The notes beneath the pieces are model-generated. The model searched no databases. It had not been told where the DNA came from and was given only the letters and a program-made list of their open reading frames with translations. The position numbers and the translations under genes were made by a program. A stretch of DNA of 64,000 nucleotides from an uncultured delta proteobacterium. Lineage in GTDB: Bacteria; Desulfobacterota; Desulfobacteria; Desulfobacterales; JAHEIW01. Positions within the stretch are counted from its first letter, which is position 1; the number at the start of each line of letters is the position of its first letter. The DNA lies in assembly GCA_963706575.1 (NCBI GenBank), contig CAVPNL010000006.1:800001-864000 (forward strand), given 5' to 3'. This document shows positions 52,874 through 62,146 of this stretch, one piece after another.

Positions 52874-53119
52874 ATGAGTGATGATATCAAAGTTGATAAG
52901 GTATTTGATTTGAAAGGTTTACCGTGCCCGATGCCGGTTGTGAAAGTCAGCAAAGGGATCAAAGAGGTTGAGATCGGTCAGGTAATTGAGGCTCAGTCAA
53001 CAGATCCCGGCTCATTGACGGACTTTCCGGCCTGGGCCAGGACCAGCGGAAACGAAATATTAAAAACTGAACAAGATGATGGTGATGTTATAAAGTTTTA
53101 TATCAAACGTAACGTATAG
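52874..53119 (+). CDS. tusA: Sulfurtransferase TusA family protein
   Basis: DLKGLPCPMPVV (CPxP) and TDPGSLTDFPAW. Confidence 0.9.
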   Translation: MSDDIKVDKVFDLKGLPCPMPVVKVSKGIKEVEIGQVIEAQSTDPGSLTDFPAWARTSGNEILKTEQDDGDVIKFYIKRNV

Positions 53120-53167
53120 AACACGCATGCTAATCTTTTTTTAATTTGAAACTAAGGGGAGGTCGTT

Positions 53168-53878
53168 TTGCAGACGCTGTATTATATCATCTTGGTGCCG
53201 ATGGTCTATGTGGCCTTTGCCACTTTCTTTATCGGCACCGCGGTCCGGTTGATAAAGATTTTTAAAGAACCCAGCCATCCGGCCACGCTTCAGATTTATC
53301 CTGAGAAAAAACCCAGATGGCTATGGGCCTTGCATGACACGTTTCTGTTTCCCACCGTCCGCAGACACAAACCGCTGCTGTGGGTATTTTTGATGGCCTT
53401 TCACATTTGCATATTATTACTGATTATCGGTCATCTGGAGTTGTTTGGTGAAATCGAGACGCTCCAATTAATTCCCCATGAGATTTTTCTGGGACAGGGG
53501 CTTGTTGGATTGATTGCATCGATTGCCTTACTCTATTTCCTATTTCGCCGCTTTATTTCACCGGTGCGCGAACTTTCGGTTCCGGAAGATTATTATCTTT
53601 TAATCTTGCTATTTCTGGTGGTTCTTTTTGGCAGCCAGATGGATTGGGCCCGAAGATGGTACTTTTATGAGGAGCTAGGCGTTGATCATTACCGGGAATA
53701 CCTTTCCAGCCTCTTATATTTTAGGCCCTATTTACCGGGAGAGGTGACCGATACGGGTCATTCTTTTATGCTGGTGTTGCATGTATTTTTCGCGAATTTA
53801 TTTTTGATGTTTTTCCCGTTCAGCCAGCTGATGCATTCGTTCTTATCGTTGCCGATGAACAAGCTCAGGCGCGGTTAG
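53168..53878 (+). CDS. NarI/DsrM-like membrane di-heme cytochrome b
   Basis: About 5 TM helices; His pairs FH...GH and LH...FPFSQLMH; LFRR and EDY motifs. Confidence 0.85.
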   Translation: MQTLYYIILVPMVYVAFATFFIGTAVRLIKIFKEPSHPATLQIYPEKKPRWLWALHDTFLFPTVRRHKPLLWVFLMAFHICILLLIIGHLELFGEIETLQLIPHEIFLGQGLVGLIASIALLYFLFRRFISPVRELSVPEDYYLLILLFLVVLFGSQMDWARRWYFYEELGVDHYREYLSSLLYFRPYLPGEVTDTGHSFMLVLHVFFANLFLMFFPFSQLMHSFLSLPMNKLRRG

Positions 53879-53963
53879 CGGTTCAAAGTTCTGGGTTCAG
53901 AGGTTCAGGGTTCTTGCCTCTGACTTTTGTTGTCTAACCTTTGAACCTTGAACCGTTGAACCA
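53879..53963. repeat. Heptamer-periodic inverted repeat (GGTTCAG / TGAACC)
   Basis: ggttcaaagttctgggttcagaggttcagggttc ... aacctttgaaccttgaaccgttgaacc. Confidence 0.75.
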
Positions 53964-54029
53964 GGGGACTGACACCATAAATAGTAATAATTAACACCTA
54001 ATAAGACAATTATATATCAGAGGGATTTG

Positions 54030-55301
54030 ATGATGGATCAAAAAACACGTGATGATTTGCTTAAACTTTTTCAAGGCAAATTAAATGAAGCCATGCGGTT
54101 TTATCTGGAAACCTGCACCCGCTGCGGTGTATGCACCGAGGCCTGTCATGTACATGCTTCTATGGGGCAGGTCAAATATATTGCAGCATACCGCGGAGAA
54201 ATTGTGCGACGACTTTATAAAAAGTATTTCAAAGGTCGCGGAAAAGCTTGGCCGTCAGTGGGTGAGGCCAAAGAGCTCAGCGACATGGCCCTCGAGGAGC
54301 TGTATGACGCGGCTTACTCGTGCACGGGCTGCCGGCGCTGCATGGTGTATTGCCCGTTTGGGATTGACACCCAGATGCTGATGTCCATTGCCAAGTTGCT
54401 GCTGGTTGGCGCCGAATCCGAACCTGAAATCCTTACGCTGCTGGCGGACACCTCTATTGAGAAGGGTAAATCCATAGACTTGTTCAAAGAAAATTTTATG
54501 AAAGGCATCAAAAGGCTTGAGGCTGAAGTCGTTGAAAAATGGAAAATGGAAGCAGAAGAGACCGCCATTCCGGTGGATGTTGAGGGCGCGGATCTGCTCT
54601 ATGTTGCTCTGGCCGGAGCCCATTCGATCATTCCGGCGGCCGCTATTTTCAATGCAGCCGGCGAAAACTGGACCCTGAGCTTCTTTGAGGCCGTTAACTT
54701 CGGTGCCTTTGTGGGAGATCCCACCAAGACGAAGCTGATCTTGGATCGAATTGTCAATGAAGCCAAACGACTCAAGGTTAAAGAGGTCTGTATCTGTGAA
54801 TGCGGGACGGCTTATCGGGTAATGAAACAGCTTACCGGGAAACAGCCGTTTAAGGTCAGCTCGATTACCGAAGTCCATGCCAGATATATCCGGGACGGCC
54901 GCATCAAACTGGATAAAACCAAACTGGACGGGGCCGTCACCTACCATGATCCCTGTCAAATCGCGCGCAACGCCGGCGTGATGGATGAACCGCGCTATAT
55001 TTTGAAACATCTGACGGATGATTTCAGAGAACTTACTGATGATCCGCGCTACAACTGGTGCTGTGGCGGTGGTGGTGGACTGGTTGCCATGGGGGAAGAT
55101 ACCCTGGATTTTCGCATGAAATCCGCTAAGGTCAAGGTTGATCAGGTCAACGACACCGGCGCCCGCATTTTGGCCACTGCATGTGAGAACTGCCACGCCC
55201 AGCTGGACGATTTAAACAAGCATTACGAAATGGGTGTTGAGGTCAGATTTTTGAGTTCCATGATTGCCGATGCTTTAATACAGGACGCACAGGAGGTATA
55301 G
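54030..55301 (+). CDS. DsrK/HdrD/TmcB-like Fe-S oxidoreductase (2x[4Fe-4S] plus CCG domain)
   Basis: CTRCGVCTEAC, CTGCRRCMVYCP, CECG, YHDPC, CCGGGGG and ACENC. Confidence 0.9.
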   Translation: MMDQKTRDDLLKLFQGKLNEAMRFYLETCTRCGVCTEACHVHASMGQVKYIAAYRGEIVRRLYKKYFKGRGKAWPSVGEAKELSDMALEELYDAAYSCTGCRRCMVYCPFGIDTQMLMSIAKLLLVGAESEPEILTLLADTSIEKGKSIDLFKENFMKGIKRLEAEVVEKWKMEAEETAIPVDVEGADLLYVALAGAHSIIPAAAIFNAAGENWTLSFFEAVNFGAFVGDPTKTKLILDRIVNEAKRLKVKEVCICECGTAYRVMKQLTGKQPFKVSSITEVHARYIRDGRIKLDKTKLDGAVTYHDPCQIARNAGVMDEPRYILKHLTDDFRELTDDPRYNWCCGGGGGLVAMGEDTLDFRMKSAKVKVDQVNDTGARILATACENCHAQLDDLNKHYEMGVEVRFLSSMIADALIQDAQEV

Positions 55302-55467
55302 CCCTAAAATATCCGGCCTCGGGTTAAAAGCGCTACGTTTTTGCCAACCTGAAGACAACTATTTTCCATCCGACGCAAACAAAGTCCAAGCCAGATTTTT
55401 AATTGACCAAATCAAGATAGGGTGTCTGGATTTAAAAACAAGCATCTTATTTTCGCGTATTTTTTTA

Positions 55468-55518
55468 TTGACAATATATACTACAAAGTGGGATATAAAT
55501 ATATCACAATGTGATATA
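55468..55518 (+). promoter_or_regulatory. Candidate promoter with a 19-bp palindrome
   Basis: TTGACA at 55468-73; TATATCACA-A-TGTGATATA at 55500-55518. Confidence 0.5.
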
Positions 55519-55594
55519 ATAACGGTTCACAACTTTATATTTTTATTTTATGGGGCAACTTAAGAACAGTTCATTTATTCAAAGGGGACCAAAA

Positions 55595-55882
55595 ATGAAA
55601 ACCGTTGCTGTGCTTATTAACGATAAGGAGAAGCAATATGAAGGGCTGCGCTCGAGTCTGGGCATGCTGCTTTATAATACCTGGGTGCAGATGTTCGTGG
55701 TGAATGATGAAATTGCCAACATGGATGAAGCCTATCACGATAATATGGAGTTCCTCGATGAGATGGAGGGGGAACGCTTTTCAAACAACAAAACCAATGT
55801 TGAAAAATACGGTTTCAAATACGCATCCATTGAAGAGATCGGAGAAATGCTGCAAAAAGCCGACCTTGTTATTCCTTTTTAA
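55595..55882 (+). CDS. Small DsrE/DsrF-like protein
   Basis: MKTVAVLI..YEGLRSSLG and C-terminal EMLQKADLVIPF resemble the DsrE/F fold; contains no Cys. Confidence 0.65.
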   Translation: MKTVAVLINDKEKQYEGLRSSLGMLLYNTWVQMFVVNDEIANMDEAYHDNMEFLDEMEGERFSNNKTNVEKYGFKYASIEEIGEMLQKADLVIPF

Positions 55883-55895
55883 GGAGGCATCTAAA

Positions 55896-56075
55896 ATGAA
55901 AATACTTCATATTCTTAGAACCCGGCCTGAGGCTACTGTTGAAAAATTAATGCAATCGGCGACCAACGGAGACCGATCAAAGGTGACCGAGCTTTATGAA
56001 TTCAAAGACGACCGAGATTGGGCGCAGCTCGTGGATGAAATTTTTTCCAACGACAAGGTAATAAGCTGGTGGTAA
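55896..56075 (+). CDS. Small DsrH/TusB-like protein (59 aa)
   Basis: MKILHILR...DWAQLVDEIFSNDKVISWW resembles a shortened TusB/DsrH; AAGGAGG RBS. Confidence 0.65.
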   Translation: MKILHILRTRPEATVEKLMQSATNGDRSKVTELYEFKDDRDWAQLVDEIFSNDKVISWW

Positions 56076-56133
56076 CCCGCTCGCCATAGATACAGATTCA
56101 GGACTCAGAAACGAGAAGAAGGGAAGACACGTT

Positions 56134-56439
56134 ATGGCTGAAAAATTAGGTATCCTGGTCAGCTCAGATAAACACCTCGATTATGTGATCAATTTGACTG
56201 AGGCCGCGCATAAAAAAGACAAAGCGGTTGAAATATTTTTTACCGGGAAAGGTGTGCTTCTGACTCAGGCTTCGGATTTTAAAAAACTGATCGGCAAAGC
56301 CAAGATGACCCTGTGTGATGTGAGCTTCAGGGCTTTGAAGCTTGAGGGCGATGTCCCTGGACTCGGATTTAAAGATTTTGCCACCCAGGCAAAGAATGCG
56401 GATCTCATTGAAAAAAGTGACCGTTATTTGGTGTTCTAA
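56134..56439 (+). CDS. DsrE-family protein
   Basis: IFFTGKGV, conserved-position Cys (TLCDVS) and LIEKSDRYLVF. Confidence 0.8.
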   Translation: MAEKLGILVSSDKHLDYVINLTEAAHKKDKAVEIFFTGKGVLLTQASDFKKLIGKAKMTLCDVSFRALKLEGDVPGLGFKDFATQAKNADLIEKSDRYLVF

Positions 56440-56491
56440 CTTGCCCCCGGGATCAATAGCATCCAGCTGTCGGCATCAATAGGAAAAAACA

Positions 56492-56839
56492 ATGGATGTG
56501 AGCTGGAAAAGAAAAAAGACCATAAATGGAACAAATGGTGGCGGGGTTAATCTTGTCGCTGAGCTGGTTGACCATTATCATACGGCTGGCAACGCCAGTG
56601 GTAATTTTAATACCCAACTCGGCACCATCGGTGAGAAATTTCTAAATTCAAAAGCGCGCGACATGAGAGCATTCCACCAGGGGTTGTTTTGGGAGCATGT
56701 CGATCGGGAATTAAATCGCCTCATCTTGAAACCGCAGGAGAGGCAAAAAATAGAGTCTACTATTTCAGAAACGGTTCCGAGGCCCGATAGGGACTGGGCT
56801 CTTTGGAGTGTGACCTGTATTCCGCGCTATGATCCTTAG
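56492..56839 (+). CDS. Hypothetical protein
   Basis: 115-aa ORF filling the space before the terminator; no recognised motif. Confidence 0.5.
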   Translation: MDVSWKRKKTINGTNGGGVNLVAELVDHYHTAGNASGNFNTQLGTIGEKFLNSKARDMRAFHQGLFWEHVDRELNRLILKPQERQKIESTISETVPRPDRDWALWSVTCIPRYDP

Positions 56840-56853
56840 AATTCCAATTGCAT

Positions 56854-56898
56854 AAAAAAACGGCCTGGCTGCCCTTTTACAAGGGACAGTCAGGCCGC
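56854..56898 (-). terminator. Rho-independent terminator
   Basis: Minus strand CGGCCTGACTG...CAGCCAGGCCG followed by T7. Confidence 0.7.
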
Positions 56899-56936
56899 TT
56901 CCTTAAAAGCTTCCCTCTTTCCTATATTTTAATCAA

Positions 56937-57788
56937 TTATTTACAGTGACCATCCTGTATTGCCCACTGCAACCCGTCACAATCACCCAGGTCGCAGGCC
57001 CTCCTGAAATCCGCACAGGAGTCTTTGATTTTTTTCATCTGGAAATAAACCAGAGCCCGATTCAGGTGCGCCTTTGCGTATCTGGGTTTGATCTGAAGGC
57101 ATTTATTGAAATCTGCTTCGGCTTGTTGGTATTGATCCAGGGCGTAGTAGGCATTGCCGCGATTGTTAAGCGCCTCGGCATATTGCGGTTTTATCCGGAT
57201 GGCCTGGCTGAAGTCATTGATGGCCTGCTGATGAAGCTCTAAATTGTAAAATGCCAGGCCCCTGTTGTTGTAGGATTCGGCCATTTTAGGGTTGGCCGCT
57301 ATGGCCTTATCCAAGTAGGTTTTGGCCTTGCCGGGATCCGTGTATTGCCCGTTTTGCCACAGGGTCTGTGCGGCCGCATTCCAGTCCGTATCTTTTGCGT
57401 CAGGGGCTTTTTTAATTCTGCGTTGCGGAAGTTTTATCGGTGCATCTCCCTTTTTAAGGCTCGGGTCCTGTTTCATCAGCGATGCAGGATCCCCTGCTAT
57501 ATCACTGACGAATTTGTACATCTGGCCCATCATTGCAGCGCCAAATACCCCCACGAGTACAAGCGGCGTCAGCTGAATGATCGTCCACAAGATCATTATT
57601 TTAGTGATTGCCAGGCTTTTGTGCTTGATCCAGCCCCAGATAAATGTCCATAAACCACAGGTAATAATCCCGATAATGCCTTGCAGCACCCCGCCGTGTT
57701 TAAATTGCTTAATCAGAACAATGATAAAAACGATCAAACTGATGAGCGCCAACACCGGGAACAAAAGACCGATACCCATTTCAAACAT
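56937..57788 (-). CDS. Membrane-anchored TPR protein
   Basis: Three N-terminal TM segments and YNNRG-type TPR repeats. Confidence 0.85.
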   Translation of the reverse strand: MFEMGIGLLFPVLALISLIVFIIVLIKQFKHGGVLQGIIGIITCGLWTFIWGWIKHKSLAITKIMILWTIIQLTPLVLVGVFGAAMMGQMYKFVSDIAGDPASLMKQDPSLKKGDAPIKLPQRRIKKAPDAKDTDWNAAAQTLWQNGQYTDPGKAKTYLDKAIAANPKMAESYNNRGLAFYNLELHQQAINDFSQAIRIKPQYAEALNNRGNAYYALDQYQQAEADFNKCLQIKPRYAKAHLNRALVYFQMKKIKDSCADFRRACDLGDCDGLQWAIQDGHCK

Positions 57789-57835
57789 AGTTTACCTCAT
57801 TTTCGTTTTTATTTAATGAAATGTTCTATCTATAT

Positions 57836-58279
57836 TTAAATCAGATTTATTATTCGTAAAATCCAGTAGGCCAGGATACTTAGCATTAGCAGACAGACGA
57901 TTCCGCTGAGCCTTTCAAAAGTCGCTATCTGATCAGCGATTTTTTGTTGAATCCCGGCCGGCAGGATGCTGGCGACGACCAGGAGAATACCGGCGCCTAA
58001 AAATAGGGGCGCAAATGCGTGCAAATCAATGGCGGCTTTCCAGTGCCCCTGGGCGAACAGCACCATCGCCCTTGTCAGGCCGCATGCGGGGCAGGCCACA
58101 CCCAGTGCTGATTTTAGCGGGCATTGCCATGCAATAGTGCCTGCCGTGGTTAATGCAACTTGCACAACTGTTGCTGCAGCCAGCAGAACGGTGGCCTGGC
58201 GGTTTCGCACCAGAGGTCCCAGGACAGGTGAAAAAAATTCGCTCCTGATTCGTGTGATTTTGATGCGATCGGATTTCAT
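57836..58279 (-). CDS. DUF2752 membrane protein
   Basis: CPLKSALGVACPACGLTRA. Confidence 0.85.
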   Translation of the reverse strand: MKSDRIKITRIRSEFFSPVLGPLVRNRQATVLLAAATVVQVALTTAGTIAWQCPLKSALGVACPACGLTRAMVLFAQGHWKAAIDLHAFAPLFLGAGILLVVASILPAGIQQKIADQIATFERLSGIVCLLMLSILAYWILRIINLI

Positions 58280-58636
58280 AGGGATTCTTACAATGCCAAT
58301 TAAGCTGTTTGCGGCAAAAATCCGTTTCGAAAGATTGGTGCAAAACGGTGTTGCCTACACATTCTGAATTATCGGCAAATATCTGAAAATCTTTATTTTT
58401 TATTGAATGCTGAGGCGAGAAGCCCTTATAAAACCATGGATTATCAAAGATCCAGCGTTCACCGTCCTATTTTTGAAAGGATCGGCGAATTGGCTGCTGG
58501 CTGGCTGATGTCGTTAAAATATTTTTTTTAGCCGACACATTAATTTTAGCAGATAATGCCGGTATTTAGCAAATTTTTCTAATAGATGGTGGTTTTATTT
58601 GGGTGTTAGGCTGTCGATCGCCGCGCTAAAGGGGTT

Positions 58637-59602
58637 CTAATAAAAGATGGTTCGGGTGCGATGGCGCGGGATGGATTTGTAGGCGGGCTGCTGGCCGCGA
58701 TTCCAGAGCAAAAAATCAAGTTCCATGGAGGTGATCGCCTGCCCGGATGCGTTGAGCGCATCCTTTAATCGCTCGACGGCATGCAGGGCACAGGCCCTGA
58801 TTTCGATTTCCTCCGCCGAGCCGGCTGGTATCAGCTTTCCCGCTTCGATGTGTTGGATCAACGCTTGCGGGTAAACTAAAATATGATCCACCCGCAGGAC
58901 ATGTGGTACCAGATTATCCGCGAAAATGGTTAGATTCTGCAGATCGTCAAAGCGTCCCAGCTCCCGACCCTCAAATGCCAGCGACAGGTCTGCAGCGGCC
59001 AACTGGGCGCGTTTATAAAATGGCACCTTGACTGCATCGTATAATTCAACATCGCAAAAGTAGGGCATCCGAATAAGCAGTTGAATCAGGCGTTCAGCCG
59101 ATGCACCGGCAGCCTCGATCAAGGCTGTAAAACCGCCGTCGAAATCTCCCAGCACATACCTGCCCAGGGCGTTTAAGGCTGTGGCAAAAAGCTGCATGAG
59201 TTCACCCATGTGCCGGCTATGCGAATCCTGGCCGAAAATCCGGCTGCAGTCTTGCGCAGTCAGTCGGGTTAATTCCCGTGCGCTAAGGGGCCCCTCATTT
59301 TTAAAACGGTCATTGAGGCAACTGGCCACCGTAAAATACCCGGACATGCCCGGGCGTTTCTTCATATGCGGAAAATATCCCGATCCGAAATTAATGCTGT
59401 CAAGGATCAAGAAAAAAGCGGCTGTGTCGTCACCCATGTTCAGGTAGTGGCTTGCGGCGTCATGTTCAGGCATGCTGGGCTTTATGTCCAACAACGAAGC
59501 AGCATATGAAGGGATCAAATCATAGTTGATTTGGATGTGGGCGGCACGCTCGGCCACGGTTTTGCAACCTGCCCGAACCTGTTCCAAGAGACTGCTTTGC
59601 AT
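58637..59602 (-). CDS. Queuosine salvage family protein (DUF2419/Qng1-like N-glycosylase)
   Basis: LDSINFGSG, FYKRAQL, LTIFADNLVPHVLR, EIEIRA, LDFLLW and HRTRTIFY. Confidence 0.88.
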   Translation of the reverse strand: MQSSLLEQVRAGCKTVAERAAHIQINYDLIPSYAASLLDIKPSMPEHDAASHYLNMGDDTAAFFLILDSINFGSGYFPHMKKRPGMSGYFTVASCLNDRFKNEGPLSARELTRLTAQDCSRIFGQDSHSRHMGELMQLFATALNALGRYVLGDFDGGFTALIEAAGASAERLIQLLIRMPYFCDVELYDAVKVPFYKRAQLAAADLSLAFEGRELGRFDDLQNLTIFADNLVPHVLRVDHILVYPQALIQHIEAGKLIPAGSAEEIEIRACALHAVERLKDALNASGQAITSMELDFLLWNRGQQPAYKSIPRHRTRTIFY

Positions 59603-59700
59603 CGATAGGTACCTGTTCTAGATTATTTTGCGACTGCGACGATTCAGACCGAAGGCTCTGTTTGTGGACGCGGTTTAATATCGACCGAAGAAAAAATATC

Positions 59701-60300
59701 TCACGGTTTTAGTTTTCGGATAATAATTTCCAGGTCTTTTGTTACGATAATTCGGCTGTCGTCCAATCCAGGCATGGTGGCATAACCCGTGATGGTCGCC
59801 TCTTTAACCTGATTTTTTGAAACGATCTGAATCTTGACATCCGACTCTTGTCTAGGATGGTGATAGATCTCGATCTTTTCTCCCGGGGCCAGTTCACCCA
59901 GATCCTGATCTTGTGCGGTGGATATGATAACGACCTGATTTAAGCGGTAAGGGCTTTCATTGACGATCTCAAGATAAATTTTACTTGCGAGATGACCGCC
60001 GACAAAGACGTAAACCAGGGCCAGGGGTATATTCAGAAGAATAAGCGTAATGGCGTTAATACTTATTCGTCTGCCCTCGCGCCGCTCGGGTTCGGCTGTC
60101 TGCATATTTAGTAACAAAAACAGCAAAACACATCCGATGCCAACGAGGCCCAGAATAAATCCGGCCACCAGCAACAGGAAGCCGATGTCCAACAGAAAAT
60201 AGGCGTGGGTCTGCCAGTATGCAAAAAGGACAATTGTCGCCACCAGCAGCGGAGCCCCCCAGCAGATAAACCCGGATATCAATAAAACCCTATATTTCAT
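59701..60300 (-). CDS. Hypothetical membrane protein
   Basis: Three TM segments plus a beta-rich C-terminal domain. Confidence 0.7.
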   Translation of the reverse strand: MKYRVLLISGFICWGAPLLVATIVLFAYWQTHAYFLLDIGFLLLVAGFILGLVGIGCVLLFLLLNMQTAEPERREGRRISINAITLILLNIPLALVYVFVGGHLASKIYLEIVNESPYRLNQVVIISTAQDQDLGELAPGEKIEIYHHPRQESDVKIQIVSKNQVKEATITGYATMPGLDDSRIIVTKDLEIIIRKLKP

Positions 60301-60841
60301 TTCACCATGCCATTTCAGCTGGTTCTGAGCTTGCTCAAATTCTTAACATTATGATGACGAACGCATTTCCTTCTGTAAATTTTGCACATCTATTTTTATT
60401 ATTACCGGAGCGTCAACAGGGCAGAGCCGATTCTTCCTTTTTACCCGTATCATTCGGATCTGACCGGTTTCATCTGCACGATAACTGGGCACCGCTGTTA
60501 GGTGGTTATACGGAAAAATCGGAACAAAATCCGGTGGCATAACCACTATAAAATGATCTGTTGTCGCTTCATCTTCAGTTCACCTTCCATGAAAAATACC
60601 AGTCATCCTGTGGCATAAAGTTTTGACGCTGGAATATAAAATTGTCGTGATCCCCAGCTTCAAGCGCATAATTTGACCGGGTGATATTCACATCCTGTGG
60701 GAATAAGCGATACATGCCCTTTTGAAGCGGGTGTTTCCAGGGCGCTGTCGTGGTTAGGAGGTATCTGGCGTTCCTTTTTGGCGCCTGTTGTCGGTACTCA
60801 ACGGCGATGTGAATCTCCTCATCCGTTTGTTGCATTCCATG

Positions 60842-61411
60842 CTACGATCGCGGTTTGCCAAACCTTTGTCTGAAGGTGTCTACAAACACTCGATTCGCCC
60901 TTTTGGAAATTACCTCAAGGGGCGAGAAGCCTTTTCTCCAGGCAAGATAAAAGGTTATCATCATTAAAATGAAGGTGAGCACAATGTTCGGCCATGCGTT
61001 TAGGGCCCACTGGCCTGACCAGCTAAGTTCTATATTCCGGAGATAAGGATAAAAATACGGGATCGGCCACTGGTAGCCTTCGGGGCCACGGGAGCCGATG
61101 AGATCGCAAAACAGATGCAGATGAAAAACAAAAAACGCCAATAGGGCTGTTAATAATCGCCGTTTTGCTACTGCCAGCGCTGTAAGAAATATGACTATTG
61201 CGAGAGTTAGATTATGCCCGATGACATGATGATATTTGCTATACCAAAGCAATGGTTGTTCGGTATGTTGTGTGACCAGTTCGACCAGTATGCCCACTCC
61301 GTCAACATCCGGAGAGATACCCGCCAAAGTGATGATAACCCGATCACGGATTTCAAGCCTGGGTATGCTGGCGGCTGTCCAGCTTGCCAGAAGGTGTGTT
61401 ATTGGCTGCAT
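60842..61411 (-). CDS. Inner-membrane metal-dependent hydrolase (YdjM-like)
   Basis: PITH, PDVDG, HHVIGHN and HLHLFCD. Confidence 0.85.
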   Translation of the reverse strand: MQPITHLLASWTAASIPRLEIRDRVIITLAGISPDVDGVGILVELVTQHTEQPLLWYSKYHHVIGHNLTLAIVIFLTALAVAKRRLLTALLAFFVFHLHLFCDLIGSRGPEGYQWPIPYFYPYLRNIELSWSGQWALNAWPNIVLTFILMMITFYLAWRKGFSPLEVISKRANRVFVDTFRQRFGKPRS

Positions 61412-61654
61412 ACCGTCACCCTTTGTGCGAAATTGAGGTTCAGCGGGCCCTGAAAACAGGAGTTCGCTGTGTAAAATCCCTGCTAAAGAAATCATATCGC
61501 AATTGGTCGGAAACCGCAAAAATTTGGCAGGAGAATATCCCATAAGCTATTCGTATGAAATAATATATAGATTCTAGCGCCTTATTAAAAATGCATCTTA
61601 AATCTTATAAATGGAGGGATATTAAACAGGGGATCATGCGGAAATATGTTAAAA

Positions 61655-62146
61655 TCACATCTTAATCAATTTTGTAAACTGCACCTTGTGGTCACCGGGC
61701 CGATTGTAATCGCTTGTTACCGGGAGACCGTCGATTTGGTCATCACCCGGTTCGAGCTGAAAGCCAATTCGTTTGTGAAATTCAACCGAGCCCCGGTTCA
61801 CCGGAGATGTGCATGCCCGTATGATATTGCGGCCATGGGTTCGACAGATTTCAAAAAAGCGCTCATACAATGTCGTGCCGAGACCCTTTTTGCGAAAATC
61901 CGGATGGACTCCCATGAAATGAACATATGCTTCATTTTTAAGCGCTGGTGAAATAAAGCCGATTAAAAAGCCGATCATCTCATCCTCTTTTTCGATCACA
62001 AAAGATGTATTGTTAAAGTGATTCAAAAACAGCCTCGGCAGCATGGCGGTAAGGTCGCGGCCGCCCCACCAGTACTGCAGGGCGGCAATAATTTTATCAT
62101 GATCGGCAGGTTCGGCCTTTCTGATCAATATATCTTTTGCGATCAT
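61655..62146 (-). CDS. GNAT family N-acetyltransferase
   Basis: YVHFMGVHPDFRKKGLG and NRGSVEFHKRIGF; ATGA overlap with the upstream gene. Confidence 0.9.
   Translation of the reverse strand: MIAKDILIRKAEPADHDKIIAALQYWWGGRDLTAMLPRLFLNHFNNTSFVIEKEDEMIGFLIGFISPALKNEAYVHFMGVHPDFRKKGLGTTLYERFFEICRTHGRNIIRACTSPVNRGSVEFHKRIGFQLEPGDDQIDGLPVTSDYNRPGDHKVQFTKLIKM

Noticed and set aside
1063..53963. Short tandem repeats as a CRISPR array
   Set aside because: Units are 7-9 nt with no unique spacers, and there are no cas genes.
54255..55196. Long antisense ORFs (also 26255-26911, 6002-6526, 42181-42756)
   Set aside because: They lie opposite well-supported genes and have no motifs.
53168..55301. Naming the pair dsrM/dsrK or narI
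   Set aside because: No dsrJOP, dsrAB/C or narGHJ context, so only family-level calls are supportable.
51619..56439. Selenocysteine read-through in the sulfur-relay genes
   Set aside because: The carriers have ordinary Cys codons, and no in-frame TGA interrupts a conserved domain.
60349..60835. Two short minus-strand ORFs (65 and 86 aa)
   Set aside because: Possibly one broken gene, but I cannot assign a family or confirm coding status.
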